Source of the DNA: Candidatus Saccharimonadota bacterium
GTDB taxonomy: Bacteria; Patescibacteriota; Saccharimonadia; Saccharimonadales; JAXHMH01
DNA length: 64,000 bases
Direction of reading: 5' to 3'
Assembly: GCA_034521515.1 (NCBI GenBank)
Contig: JAXHMH010000002.1
Location: 88,379 to 152,378 of the forward strand
A program made the translations under genes and the position numbers. The notes under the pieces are model-generated. The model saw only the letters and a list, made by a program, of their open reading frames with translations. It made no database searches and was not told where the DNA came from. Below are positions 1 to 9,285 of this stretch, piece by piece. The number at the start of each line of letters is the position of its first letter. The stretch's first letter is position 1.

Positions 1-462
1 CGTACTACTTCAAGGCTTTGTTTAGCCTGCTCGTCATCCAAAGAACTATAAAACACCGATATACCACCTAGGCACCGCTGTGCCATATTTGGATTAATTT
101 TGGTATCGAAAAAATCGCCGTACTTTTTGTTAGGGTCAGTCCACGGCGCCACGAGTATAAGTTTATCTACAGTTACACCCAAGTGCCCACTCATCCACTT
201 CAGCAAAAACCCTGCCCCCCGCACTTAAGCCAACCAGAGTTGTTTCGTGCGTAATACGGCGTTCGCGGCCAAACTCCAACGACCAATCACGGTAGTCCGG
301 TTGATATGGCTTGGGCATCTGCGGACGTGTCACTTGGTAACGATGCTGCTCCAACTTTTTAGTAGCCCACGGAAACCAATTAGCCTCGTAAGGCTTTGGA
401 ATGCTTGGGTTCTCATACTTATCCTGCCTGGGTTTGCCATGCACCAAAACTGCGTTTTTCAT
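1..462 (-). pseudogene. alpha/beta-fold serine hydrolase (YdeN/RBBP9-like), frame broken at a homopolymer; 3' end runs off the window
   Basis: ORF 163..462 reaches the nucleophile elbow GLSAGG and then gives a nonsense tail. Shifting one base at the C6 run 215-220 restores ...GAGFLLKWMSGHLGVTVDKLILVAPWTDPNKKYGDFFD...ISVFYSSLDDE, open to base 1. Confidence 0.6.
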
Positions 463-486
463 TAAGTAGTAGTATAAAATATTTAC

Positions 487-996
487 TCAACGATTGCAAC
501 TATTTTCCCAAGGGCAGTTAGTTGTTTCTGTGCCTGGCTTAATCTGCTGTATGCCAAAAATAAGTGCACGGTTTGACCAGTACTCTTTACTCTTATCGGT
601 CGCGGCCTCGCTGTCTGGGAATGGCTCGCCTAGTTCGCCAATCCAAGCGCTCCATAACTTGTAAGTGTCGCCTTCTTTTCGTAGCACAATACTAAGATGA
701 TTTGTTGGCTCCGGGTCGCGATTTTTAACAAACTTGGTGTAAGTATCCCTACCCTCGCGGATTGCGTAAACAATCTCATCGGATTCATCAACTTTAACGC
801 ATTCTGTTTTGCCAATAACTATACCTAGATCCAGCTGAACAGGAACTTCTTCTCCGGTAGCTTCAATCGTAGATAAAGCTTCCCTAACCAACTCTTCCAG
901 CCCTGGGGTAGCCTCAAAATGTGTTGGCGCATGCGAATCTGCCGGGTTCATGTAAACCTGTTCGCCATTTTTAGTCATCCCAAAATCAACTAGCAT
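487..996 (-). CDS. hypothetical protein (169 aa)
   Basis: Long ORF co-oriented with its neighbours. I recognise no family. Confidence 0.55.
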   Translation of the reverse strand: MLVDFGMTKNGEQVYMNPADSHAPTHFEATPGLEELVREALSTIEATGEEVPVQLDLGIVIGKTECVKVDESDEIVYAIREGRDTYTKFVKNRDPEPTNHLSIVLRKEGDTYKLWSAWIGELGEPFPDSEAATDKSKEYWSNRALIFGIQQIKPGTETTNCPWENSCNR

Positions 997-1068
997 GTCT
1001 TTTATGCGCCTCTTTCTCGTACTGATCTTTCACCGTTATGTAATGTGGTAGTTGATCTTGGCTTATCA

Positions 1069-2400
1069 TTATAAGTTTTTGAAGTGGGCGGGAAGGTTGA
1101 TGATTTGGACGCGCTGTTGGTTGGTGGTATCGCGATCGCGGACGGTTACTGTGTTGTCTTCTAGGGTGTCGAAGTCTATAACGACACAGTGCGGGGTGCC
1201 GATTTCGTCCTGGCGGCGGTAGCGTTTACCGATGTTGCCATTATCATCCCACATGACGTTGCCGATTTCTTTTTTGAGCATCTTGTAAACTTCACGGGCT
1301 TTTTCTACCAGCTCCGGCTTGTTTTTGAGTAGTGGCGATACGGCGACTTTTACAGGGGCTAGATGCGCTGGAAGCTTTAGGAATACGCGCTTTTCACCGT
1401 TTACCTCGTCTTCTGTATATGCGCTGACAAGCACGGCCATAATAGCGCGCTCCACACCAAAGCTTGGCTCAATCACATGCGGTACAAACGGTTCACTACC
1501 ATCCTTTGGCCTGTATTCCATGCTTTTGTTACTAACGCGTTCTATATTTTTGAGGTCAAAATCTGTGCGGTACGCTAGCCCAAGTAACTCATCACGCCCA
1601 TGAGGGTAATCAAACTCGTAATCTATAGTGCGCTCAGAATAATGCGCTAGTTCGTCCTTTGGAACATCAAGCTCATGGATCTTGTCTTCCGGCAAACCGA
1701 GGTCACTCAAGAACGCTTTTACATCATTGCGCCACTGCTCGAACGACTCTTCCCAGTTGTCCGGATTAATGAAGTACTCAATCTCCATCTGTTCAAATTC
1801 GCGGCTGCGAAACACAAAATCACGTGGGCTAATCTCGTTACGGAACGCCTTACCCTGCTGCGCGATACCAAACGGCAAATCCGGGTATAGAGTATCCACC
1901 ACATTCTTGAAGTTGGTAAAAATACCTTGCGCCGTTTCAGGTCTAAGGTAGCTAATCGAGTTATCGTCTGCGATAGGGCCAACATTGGTCTTAAACATCA
2001 TATTGAACTGACGAGCCTGTCCGTATGAATCTTTACTTCCACATTTGACGCATGGCTTTGTATAATCGAGATGATCTTCCCGATAACTTTGACCGCACTT
2101 ATTACATACCACCATAGGGTCAGTAAAAGTATCGACGTGACCACTAGCCTGCCAGACCTTCTGGTTCATCAAAATAGCCGCATCTACGCCGAACATGTCA
2201 TCGCGCTCATCAACGAATGTCTTCCACCATAAATCCATAATGTTTTTCTTGAGTGTCACGCCAAGCGGACCGTAATCCCACGTACCAGCCAAACCACCGT
2301 AAATCTCCGAACCCTGGAAAATAAACCCCCGCCGCTTACACAGACTAACGATGTCGTCTAACTTAATTTCTTTACTCATATGCGCCATAGTATACACCAC
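1069..2400 (-). CDS. glyQS: glycine--tRNA ligase (homodimeric class II type)
   Basis: Diagnostic N-terminus RGFIFQGSEIYGGLAGTWDYGPLG plus class II core and anticodon-binding domain. The likely true start is ATG 2379 (MSKEIKL), 7 nt after a TATACT box, which would make it leaderless. Confidence 0.95.
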   Translation of the reverse strand: MVYTMAHMSKEIKLDDIVSLCKRRGFIFQGSEIYGGLAGTWDYGPLGVTLKKNIMDLWWKTFVDERDDMFGVDAAILMNQKVWQASGHVDTFTDPMVVCNKCGQSYREDHLDYTKPCVKCGSKDSYGQARQFNMMFKTNVGPIADDNSISYLRPETAQGIFTNFKNVVDTLYPDLPFGIAQQGKAFRNEISPRDFVFRSREFEQMEIEYFINPDNWEESFEQWRNDVKAFLSDLGLPEDKIHELDVPKDELAHYSERTIDYEFDYPHGRDELLGLAYRTDFDLKNIERVSNKSMEYRPKDGSEPFVPHVIEPSFGVERAIMAVLVSAYTEDEVNGEKRVFLKLPAHLAPVKVAVSPLLKNKPELVEKAREVYKMLKKEIGNVMWDDNGNIGKRYRRQDEIGTPHCVVIDFDTLEDNTVTVRDRDTTNQQRVQIINLPAHFKNL

Positions 2401-2647
2401 CTCTGGGATATGGGCGAGAGATTGACATTAATTATATGTAAGGCGGCAATCCACAAATCAATGTACTTTATACAAAGTAAGCGATAAGTCATAAAACCAA
2501 ACCTCGTCAGCACCCAGATGAAAATCAAAATCATCAACAATATATTGTTCCAACCAAAAACTCATCACGTTAAACCCAACCTTCTCCTCACCCATCCCCC
2601 ACCACCCAATCCCAACACACTACCAATCCCATCACAAACTTGCCTCT

Positions 2648-2677
2648 CAATAAATAATGCTATAGCATACTTTATTG
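2648..2677. promoter_or_regulatory. 30-bp palindrome CAATAAATAATGCTATAGCATACTTTATTG immediately upstream of the 2680 start (candidate operator)
   Basis: Near-perfect dyad centred on TGCTATAGCA. A second copy (27/30 identical) lies at 3260-3289. Confidence 0.6.
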
Positions 2678-2679
2678 AT

Positions 2680-3282
2680 ATGGCACGCAATGACAAAACT
2701 TCGCAGATTATTGACGCCATCCTGAGATATGGCTTGACTCCAACCGTATTGGCTACAGGAATGGTTCTCCCTGGGCTACTTGTTGCACTTGATAAACCAC
2801 TGGATAAAATTTTAAACGGCGTAAATAAGCGTGAAAAAGAAAGAGAGCTCAGACGAGTTCTTAGCTATATGAAGTGGCAAAAACTAATTACGGACAATTA
2901 CGAATATGGTCTAAAGATCACAGACAAAGGCCGAGAGAGACTAGAGGCTATCGACATAAACAAGTTATCAATAAAAGAGCCCCCTAAATGGGACGGATAC
3001 TGGCGAATTATTTTTTACGATATCCCCGAAAAGCACAAAGCAGGACGAAACGCCCTAACCTTTAAGCTGCGCTCTGTCGGTTTTTATCAAATGCAAAAAA
3101 GTGTTTGGATACATCCCTTGCCCTGTAGAGACGTAATCGAAGCGATCTGCACAGTCTACGGCTTAGAAAAATATGTGACGTATACAGAATGTCGCTCTTT
3201 CGATAATGAAGCAGTCCTATTAGAACGTTTTAAGAAAAAATTACCCAAAACTAAGTTCTCAATAAATCGTGCTATAGCATAG
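2680..3282 (+). CDS. winged-helix plus PaaX/Cas2-fold C-terminal domain protein (putative transcriptional regulator)
   Basis: GYWRIIFYDIPEKHKAGRNALTFKLRSVGFYQMQKSVWIHP matches the PaaX/Cas2-like ferredoxin-fold signature, and LSYMKWQKLITDNYEYGLKITDKGRERL looks like a wHTH. The track ORF starts at 2518, but its first 54 aa translate a C-rich repeat, so ATG 2680 (MARNDK) is preferred. Confidence 0.7.
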   Translation: MARNDKTSQIIDAILRYGLTPTVLATGMVLPGLLVALDKPLDKILNGVNKREKERELRRVLSYMKWQKLITDNYEYGLKITDKGRERLEAIDINKLSIKEPPKWDGYWRIIFYDIPEKHKAGRNALTFKLRSVGFYQMQKSVWIHPLPCRDVIEAICTVYGLEKYVTYTECRSFDNEAVLLERFKKKLPKTKFSINRAIA

Positions 3283-3289
3283 TTTATTG
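3260..3289. promoter_or_regulatory. second copy of the 30-bp palindrome (CAATAAATCGTGCTATAGCATAGTTTATTG), overlapping the last codons and stop of the 2680..3282 gene
   Basis: 27/30 identity to 2648-2677 with the same dyad centre. Confidence 0.6.
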
Positions 3290-3335
3290 TGAAAGAGGTA
3301 GGTGAGGGATTGATGGGGGCGAAAAGCTTGAAACC

Positions 3336-4034
3336 TTAAATGCGGACTAGTCGTTGGAGCATTGTGTTTGTTAGCTGAAGCACGTCGTTTGCGATATTGT
3401 CTTTGATACCCTTAACCTGCCCCAACTTTTGCGGGCTGTCCACGGTCAATGCCAGGCGCAATATTTTAATATGTTCAGCGCTGTACGGCGCACCTTCTCG
3501 TTCTAAAAACGCCATGTCGTCAAACTCAAACAAATAGGTTTTACCCTCTTGCAAGGTTAGACCTTGTTGAGTTGTTTTGAGGTTGGGACTAAGGCCGGTG
3601 ATTTTTAACAATTGCATACTAAACCACAGTTCGCTGAGAACCGGTGATATTGTGTCGTCATCCAGTCCTGCCAGTGAGCCACTTAGCGTGTCAAAATAGT
3701 CCGAATCTGCTGCTTCTTCGGTTATGCGGTTGGTGCGTTTAAGTAGTTCGTAACCCAACATAGTCCGGTCTATGTCTTTAGCAATATTGCCATAGTTTGC
3801 GAGCATACGTGAAGAAATAAGCGTGCCGATTTCGCCCTTGCCTGGTAAATACGTAATATTATTAACACTGAATAGTTCTATACCGCCGGCTAATTTTGAA
3901 CGCTGACGCCGTACACCACGAGCCATCAGCTTCAGCTTACCGTAATCTGGAGTAAGCACCGTCAGTATACGATCAGCTTCTTGATAATCAGTTCTAGCAA
4001 GCACAATACCGGTTGTACTGATATGTGATTTCAT
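3336..4034 (-). CDS. recO: DNA repair protein RecO
   Basis: N-terminal OB-fold pattern GIVLARTDYQEADRILTVLTPDYGKLKLMARGVRR. There is a 4-nt start/stop overlap with the upstream gene. Confidence 0.85.
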   Translation of the reverse strand: MKSHISTTGIVLARTDYQEADRILTVLTPDYGKLKLMARGVRRQRSKLAGGIELFSVNNITYLPGKGEIGTLISSRMLANYGNIAKDIDRTMLGYELLKRTNRITEEAADSDYFDTLSGSLAGLDDDTISPVLSELWFSMQLLKITGLSPNLKTTQQGLTLQEGKTYLFEFDDMAFLEREGAPYSAEHIKILRLALTVDSPQKLGQVKGIKDNIANDVLQLTNTMLQRLVRI

Positions 4035-4417
4035 ACTTTGTATGATTGCAAAGTTCGCTCAACTGCCGATACAACTTGTTGCAACTTGGCCTGAGGTTTG
4101 TATAAATATCGAGCAACGCCTAACGAATCTAGTCCAGCCTGGCCAGTCGGTAACATTGACTCTGGCACCATAGTAAGCAAAATAATTGGTATGTCTTGCC
4201 AATCTGTATAACTACGGAATTCATACAAAAACTCAATACCATTATGTTCAGCTAGCTGTAGTTCTAGAATAATAATGTCGGGACGATTAACATCGGCTAG
4301 CTGCACAGCTTCTTGACCAAGCTTAGCCCAATCTATAGCATGACCAGCCTGCCCTAGCGCTTGCTCATAATTACGCGCCAGTATTGCATCTGGCTCGATA
4401 AGCAAAACTCTAGCCAT
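4031..4417 (-). CDS. stand-alone receiver-domain protein with Glu at the phospho-acceptor position
   Basis: CheY-like fold markers are retained (IPIILLT, YLYKP). The acceptor motif reads DIIILELQL (E where D is expected) and the acidic pocket reads LLIEPD. Confidence 0.75.
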   Translation of the reverse strand: MARVLLIEPDAILARNYEQALGQAGHAIDWAKLGQEAVQLADVNRPDIIILELQLAEHNGIEFLYEFRSYTDWQDIPIILLTMVPESMLPTGQAGLDSLGVARYLYKPQAKLQQVVSAVERTLQSYKV

Positions 4418-5139
4418 TATGTAGCAACCAGCTCCAACTGAGGACTTAGCGATAATGTCGCCGCTAGTCCAGTTAAGTTACCACGCCGCGTTACTTTCAG
4501 CTCACTAGACATTGCCTCAAATAGCGTGTCGGCTACAAACACGCCGGTGCTAGCAGAATGTCCGAACGCCGGCAAGGGCTGGCGTGAAGTTGTCTGTAGG
4601 GCACGAGCTTTACGAAACCCTGCTGAAGACAAGCCTTCAAGCTCACCAAAAGCACCCGCTACAATACCACCCTTGCCGCGGTGCGCCGATAAAACCAGGC
4701 GTGATTTTTTATCGGTATTTTGCGCTTGAGCTTCAATAAACGAGTAGCCTAAAGCAGTTATGGCAGACTCAAAACTACGGCGATCCGTCATAACCGGCCC
4801 ATATTTACCGGCTAATTTTAGCTCGATATTGCAAGCATACTCCCGCGCAATTTTATCAAGTTTGTGAGCAGCGTCTTGCAAAACGGATGATACGGTCACC
4901 GGCTCCATAGAAAGCGCCAGCTGGCCACTAGCAATCTGAGTAGATAGAACATAACTATCGACGAACTGCAAGGCAGAATCGGCAATTAATTCAATCTGGT
5001 TTAGCCTAGCGCTATCGCCGCCACGTGCTAACTGAGATGCCTGCGAGATATGCAGTAGCGGAGTTTTGAGTTGCTCAGCAAGCGACCTCAAAGACTGATC
5101 TTGGGCTGTTGATGGCGCAGCTGTCCGTTGATCTCCCAT
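4417..5139 (-). CDS. soluble degenerate histidine-kinase-like protein
   Basis: The H-box-like segment LAEQLKTPLL aligns to SHELRTPL with E at the His position. The C-terminal half keeps only remnants of the ATP-lid (GNLTGLAATLSL). No TM segment. Confidence 0.6.
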   Translation of the reverse strand: MGDQRTAAPSTAQDQSLRSLAEQLKTPLLHISQASQLARGGDSARLNQIELIADSALQFVDSYVLSTQIASGQLALSMEPVTVSSVLQDAAHKLDKIAREYACNIELKLAGKYGPVMTDRRSFESAITALGYSFIEAQAQNTDKKSRLVLSAHRGKGGIVAGAFGELEGLSSAGFRKARALQTTSRQPLPAFGHSASTGVFVADTLFEAMSSELKVTRRGNLTGLAATLSLSPQLELVAT

Positions 5140-5254
5140 AGCGATAAATCGTACCCTCTCTCGCTCGTTAACTAACTGCCATTATACAATGCGAACGATT
5201 CTCAAAATAGTGTAGAACTCACTGCAACGCGCATATAGCCGCTTGGTCAATCCG

Positions 5255-6190
5255 TTACGGTACGAAACTTAAGTTTCTTAGGATAATGTTATTAAAATCT
5301 TTGATATATTCTTGAGATTCGGTTGAAATGCGTAAGGTCTTATCGCGTAGCGGGAACAGGACAACTGTACCAGTTTTACCGCGTTCAATCTCGCCGTTTA
5401 TACGCGCACCCGTCACGTCCGGTACTTCATCAACGGATATTGCGCTCACATTGACGGTTCCACGTTCACTGTCAGAATCATACTTAGACAGCGCACGATC
5501 ATAAGCCTCATCAACTACCTCTAGTTTTAATGCAAACGCCGTGTCACCACCAGTATCCGGAACAAAATCCGGGTGGAAATATCCTTCTATAGGTCGGTTA
5601 CTACGATCTGATTCTATGACATGCGCCGACCATGTTTTGGGGTAACTAATACTTACGCTGCCGAAAGCACTTGGTCCGTTATACTCTTTGAGCGGTCGTT
5701 TCTCTCTTTGTATAAACTCCGCCTCTTTTTCTTTTAATGCCTCTGCTACGGCTTCATCGGCGGCTGCTTGGGCTAATTCATCCGCGTTTTGTTTATACTC
5801 TTGCCGTTCCATAAATGCCCACGCTCCGAAACCGCCGGCACCTAAAAGCAGTACGACTAATATAATCAACGGAATAATGAGCAGTTTGTGGTGTTGCTTG
5901 CGCTGCGAGGCAGAAACTGGGTCAACATTTGGCGGTGGAAAATCCCTCGGAATATCTTGATGATACATATTCTGAGGTGGTTGCTGTTGATTCGTGGTCT
6001 GCGCTGCTGCTGGTTGGGGTTGTGGCGTGTTTTGTTGGGCGCCCTGTACTCCACGATCTGGAGAAATAACTGTTTGTGGCTGTGGATTTTGACTTGCTGG
6101 AACGGCGCGCTGAACCGGCTGCTGCGGAGAGCGTGGCGTATAGCCTGGTTGGGCACTAGAGCGTTGTGGTTGTCGATAATCTGAATCCAT
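5255..6190 (-). CDS. membrane-anchored protein: Pro/Gln-rich N-terminus, one TM helix, unknown C-terminal domain
   Basis: LLIIPLIILVVLLLGAGGFGAWAF is a TM segment preceded by about 110 low-complexity residues. Confidence 0.6.
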   Translation of the reverse strand: MDSDYRQPQRSSAQPGYTPRSPQQPVQRAVPASQNPQPQTVISPDRGVQGAQQNTPQPQPAAAQTTNQQQPPQNMYHQDIPRDFPPPNVDPVSASQRKQHHKLLIIPLIILVVLLLGAGGFGAWAFMERQEYKQNADELAQAAADEAVAEALKEKEAEFIQREKRPLKEYNGPSAFGSVSISYPKTWSAHVIESDRSNRPIEGYFHPDFVPDTGGDTAFALKLEVVDEAYDRALSKYDSDSERGTVNVSAISVDEVPDVTGARINGEIERGKTGTVVLFPLRDKTLRISTESQEYIKDFNNIILRNLSFVP

Positions 6191-6258
6191 AGTATCCCGC
6201 TTATGTTACCAGAGGCAGCCATGACAGAGCAACTTTGTTATGGGTTATTAATACGTAT

Positions 6259-8515
6259 CTAAAAGTTTTTGAATCTCGGCTGACGATAATATGCGGTCGT
6301 ACACACGTACATAGCCGACTGTCCCATAGAATGGTCTTTAGCAACTGCTGCTGAATCTGCCGCCAATACCCATATGCGTATCCGTATTATCATCTGGTCA
6401 CTGGCCGGATACATAACTGCATTCAGAGGTTTCTGTTTTTTTGCCACATAAAAGCGTTGCTCATCGCCATCATATGTAAGCGTTAATAGATGCCAATCCG
6501 TGTCTACGGGGACGGATGTTCCACCTTGTGAGTAATTGCCATTAACCGCGGCTGCGTAGTTGCCTGATGTATTCGCGCCAATCCAATACGCAGAACTCCC
6601 TAACGTCGTTGAAGCTCCCTTGAACAAAAGATACGTCCATGTGCCCGTCCAGTAGCTAAACTTCGCCCAAACGGATATAGTTACCTCATCAATATTTTCA
6701 GGAATCGCCGGTACACTTAAGTGATCTTGGGAACTAGAAAAACTGTAGGCACTATTTGGCCTGCCGTGATGATCGGAAGTCATTGATACATCGCCGCCTG
6801 TTGATCCATCATTAGCATGCGGCGTACTGTCCTTGACATTACCGTTCAATGCCCAATGCGCGATAAGACCCCTCTGTAAATCCGAAATTTTTATATGTGA
6901 GCCTCCGGTTTTATATAGCTCCGCAGCACCCGTCGCGTCAATCGCGTAACTATGTACCCGAAAGCCATCAGCAAGACCTTCCCACATAGCAGTAGTACCC
7001 ATTTGTGAGCCAACGTAAAGTCCATCGCTATATGTAATGTTGTAGTTACTTGAGAATGTATCAGACAGAGCGCCGTCCTTGTATACCGATAACGTGTCAC
7101 CATCTTGACCCACAAACAGCCAGTGCGACCATGTGTCTTGCTCGAGGAGCTGCGTCGTATTAATGCTATTATCACCAATTTCTGTTTTTATTGAACCGTT
7201 AGCTCGTTGTGTAAGCTTAAAACCTGAGCCGTCCGTCATTGACAAGAAGCTGGACAAAAGTTCTGTACCACCATTTGTCTCCTCACTTGTGTTGAGCCAT
7301 AACGAAATGCTGAAATCGCTACTGGCATGCCTAAGGTTCGAGTGGTCTGGTATATGGACATAATCTGTACTACCATTAAAAGCAAGAGCCGCAGACGAGC
7401 GCTCAAACCTGTCTGACGCTGAAGTTGCTCCTGAAATCGTCCCATGGTTACTGTATGGAGTTGCATCCCGAGCGTGCCCATCCAGACTCCAATGCCCCGT
7501 CAACATCTTCTGTGCTTTAGAAATAGATATATCTTGATTATCACGGTATTGGTAACGAACTATCACGATACCAGAGCCTCCGTCACCGCCAGTTGAGCCT
7601 TCATCTAGACGTGGCCGCCACCGCCGCCACCGCCAGAGTTTGGAGCACCATCTTCTGCTGAAGCCACCAATCCCCTGAGCCGCTATCAATACCACCGTCA
7701 CCACCCCCACCGATACCTCCTACGCCGGGGCTGCACTATACCAGCGTGCACCGCCGCCGCCAGCAAATGCACCATTTTCCCCCCAGTTAGCAAATTGTGG
7801 AAAGTGTTTTCCTGCACCTCCATCAGTGGACGCTTCCCTGATGATTCAGCGCCACCGCCACCACCGCCGCGACGACTTGTGTGAACACTGGTAGAATTAC
7901 CGTCACTTCCATCATGACCCTGACCTGATACCCCAGTACCACCGGAGCCATTCGGACTATTTGAATGCGAGCCTCCACCGCCACCGGAACCCCCATTAAC
8001 TGCATGACGAACTGTACCGCTTGCCCCACCACCGCCTCCTCCGATGGCAGTAAGCGTCCCGAGCGTTGAGTCTCCGCCATTTTCACCTGTCTGTGCTTCA
8101 GTGGTTCCATCACCACCGGCTCCACCACCACCCACGACAATAGGTATGCTTGTATCAATATTAAAGTTTGATTCATATATAAGCCCACCTGCACCGCCTC
8201 CACCGCCGCGATAATACGCCGCCGAACCACCGCCTCCGCCTCCGCCTGCAACGACCAACACTTCAGCGTAACCCGACTCTACAACCGACAACGTACCAGA
8301 CTCCTTGAATGCGTGATATCTGTATCTTCCTATTTCTGCAACCTCACCTCCTTCAAAATGCGGATACACAACAGTACCTCCCGGCGACTCTGGAAGCCCA
8401 TCGATAAACATAATATAGCCGGCGCGTGCTACTGTTGAGAAAAGAATATAGAAACAAGCGACACCGAAGCAAGCAAATATCTGTTTTTACGAATTTTGCG
8501 GTAAAGTTCTTTCAT
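6259..8515 (-). pseudogene. secreted glycine-rich-domain plus tandem LamG/ConA-like lectin-domain protein, interrupted by several frameshifts
   Basis: Track ORFs 7698..8411 and 6259..7710 overlap. Between about 7600 and 7880 the sensible glycine-rich translation (GGAGKHFPQFANWGENGAFAGGGGARWYSAAP / VGGIGGGGDGGIDSGSG / EDGAPNSGGGGGGGH / GGDGGSGIVIVRYQY) hops between all three frames. The signal-anchor MKELYRKIRKN... starting at 8515 is joined only after a shift near an A5 run. The LamG-like repeats read HWSLDGHARDATPYSNHG...FNGSTDYVHIP and HWALNGNVKDSTPHANDG. Confidence 0.65.
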
Positions 8516-8586
8516 ATGTGTTGATTTTTACTACTTACTCGCTACCATCATACCATGAGTGCCTAAACGCGGCTGTCCGCTTACGT

Positions 8587-9081
8587 CTAATGATATTGGT
8601 ACAGAAACAGCCCCTTGAATTTGTTTTGTGCTTTTTTATCAGGGATCTGGAAGGCGAAGCTAGCTAATTTTACCTTTTTGCCTTTGTATTTTTGAGTAAT
8701 TTTTTTATCCAACCTTTTCATATATTTATCAAGTAGGAACACGTATATGCCCTCGGCTTCCGGCCAATTAGCGTGCCAAAAATTCTTCCACCGTATTTGT
8801 ACTAGCTTACGGTATTTCCAGGTGTGAGCGCGTGCCAACAAAACCAATAATGGATTTATCTCATAACCGACAACATTCCAGCCTCGCTGCGCCGCTGCTC
8901 TTATTACCCTGCCATCACCGCATCCCAGCTCTAGCATGGTCTGACCTGGCTTTAGGTCTAACATATCAAGCGCTGTGGTGATTTGTCGCTTGGTGGTCGG
9001 TAAATAAGGTGCCCCAAACAACACCACAAACCCAAATAATAAAATCAGAGCTACGCCTATAAACAATAATGTTGAAATCAT
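8587..9081 (-). CDS. membrane-anchored class I SAM-dependent methyltransferase
   Basis: N-terminal TM helix followed by SAM motif I LELGCGDGR. Confidence 0.7.
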   Translation of the reverse strand: MISTLLFIGVALILLFGFVVLFGAPYLPTTKRQITTALDMLDLKPGQTMLELGCGDGRVIRAAAQRGWNVVGYEINPLLVLLARAHTWKYRKLVQIRWKNFWHANWPEAEGIYVFLLDKYMKRLDKKITQKYKGKKVKLASFAFQIPDKKAQNKFKGLFLYQYH

Positions 9082-9281
9082 TCCTGCCCAAACTCGGCTT
9101 GCACCTTTTTGACTTTGTTTTCGGCTATCTTTAGCTGTTTTTCTAATTCTTTAATAAGCTGCATACCCTGCTCATACAACTTGACTGCTTGATCTATATC
9201 CAATTCACCCGATTGAAGTTCGCTCAAAGCCGTATCAAGCTCTGCTTGTAGTGTTTTGTAATCTTTCTTAGCTGCTGCCAT
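9078..9281 (-). CDS. xseB: exodeoxyribonuclease VII small subunit
   Basis: 67-aa helical protein (LSELQSGELDIDQAVKLYEQGMQL) directly downstream of xseA. Confidence 0.85.
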   Translation of the reverse strand: MAAAKKDYKTLQAELDTALSELQSGELDIDQAVKLYEQGMQLIKELEKQLKIAENKVKKVQAEFGQE

Positions 9282-9285
9282 AGTA

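Noticed and set aside
7823-8251. Alternative-frame and antisense ORFs over glycine-rich or GC-rich genes (e.g. 7823..8251, 5866..6222, 5888..6184, 24107..24460, 24115..24444, 61358..61591, 61942..62154)
   Set aside because: They lie entirely within stronger ORFs whose products have recognisable domains. Their translations are low-complexity mirror images (poly-Pro, Arg or Trp from GGN/CCN repeats).
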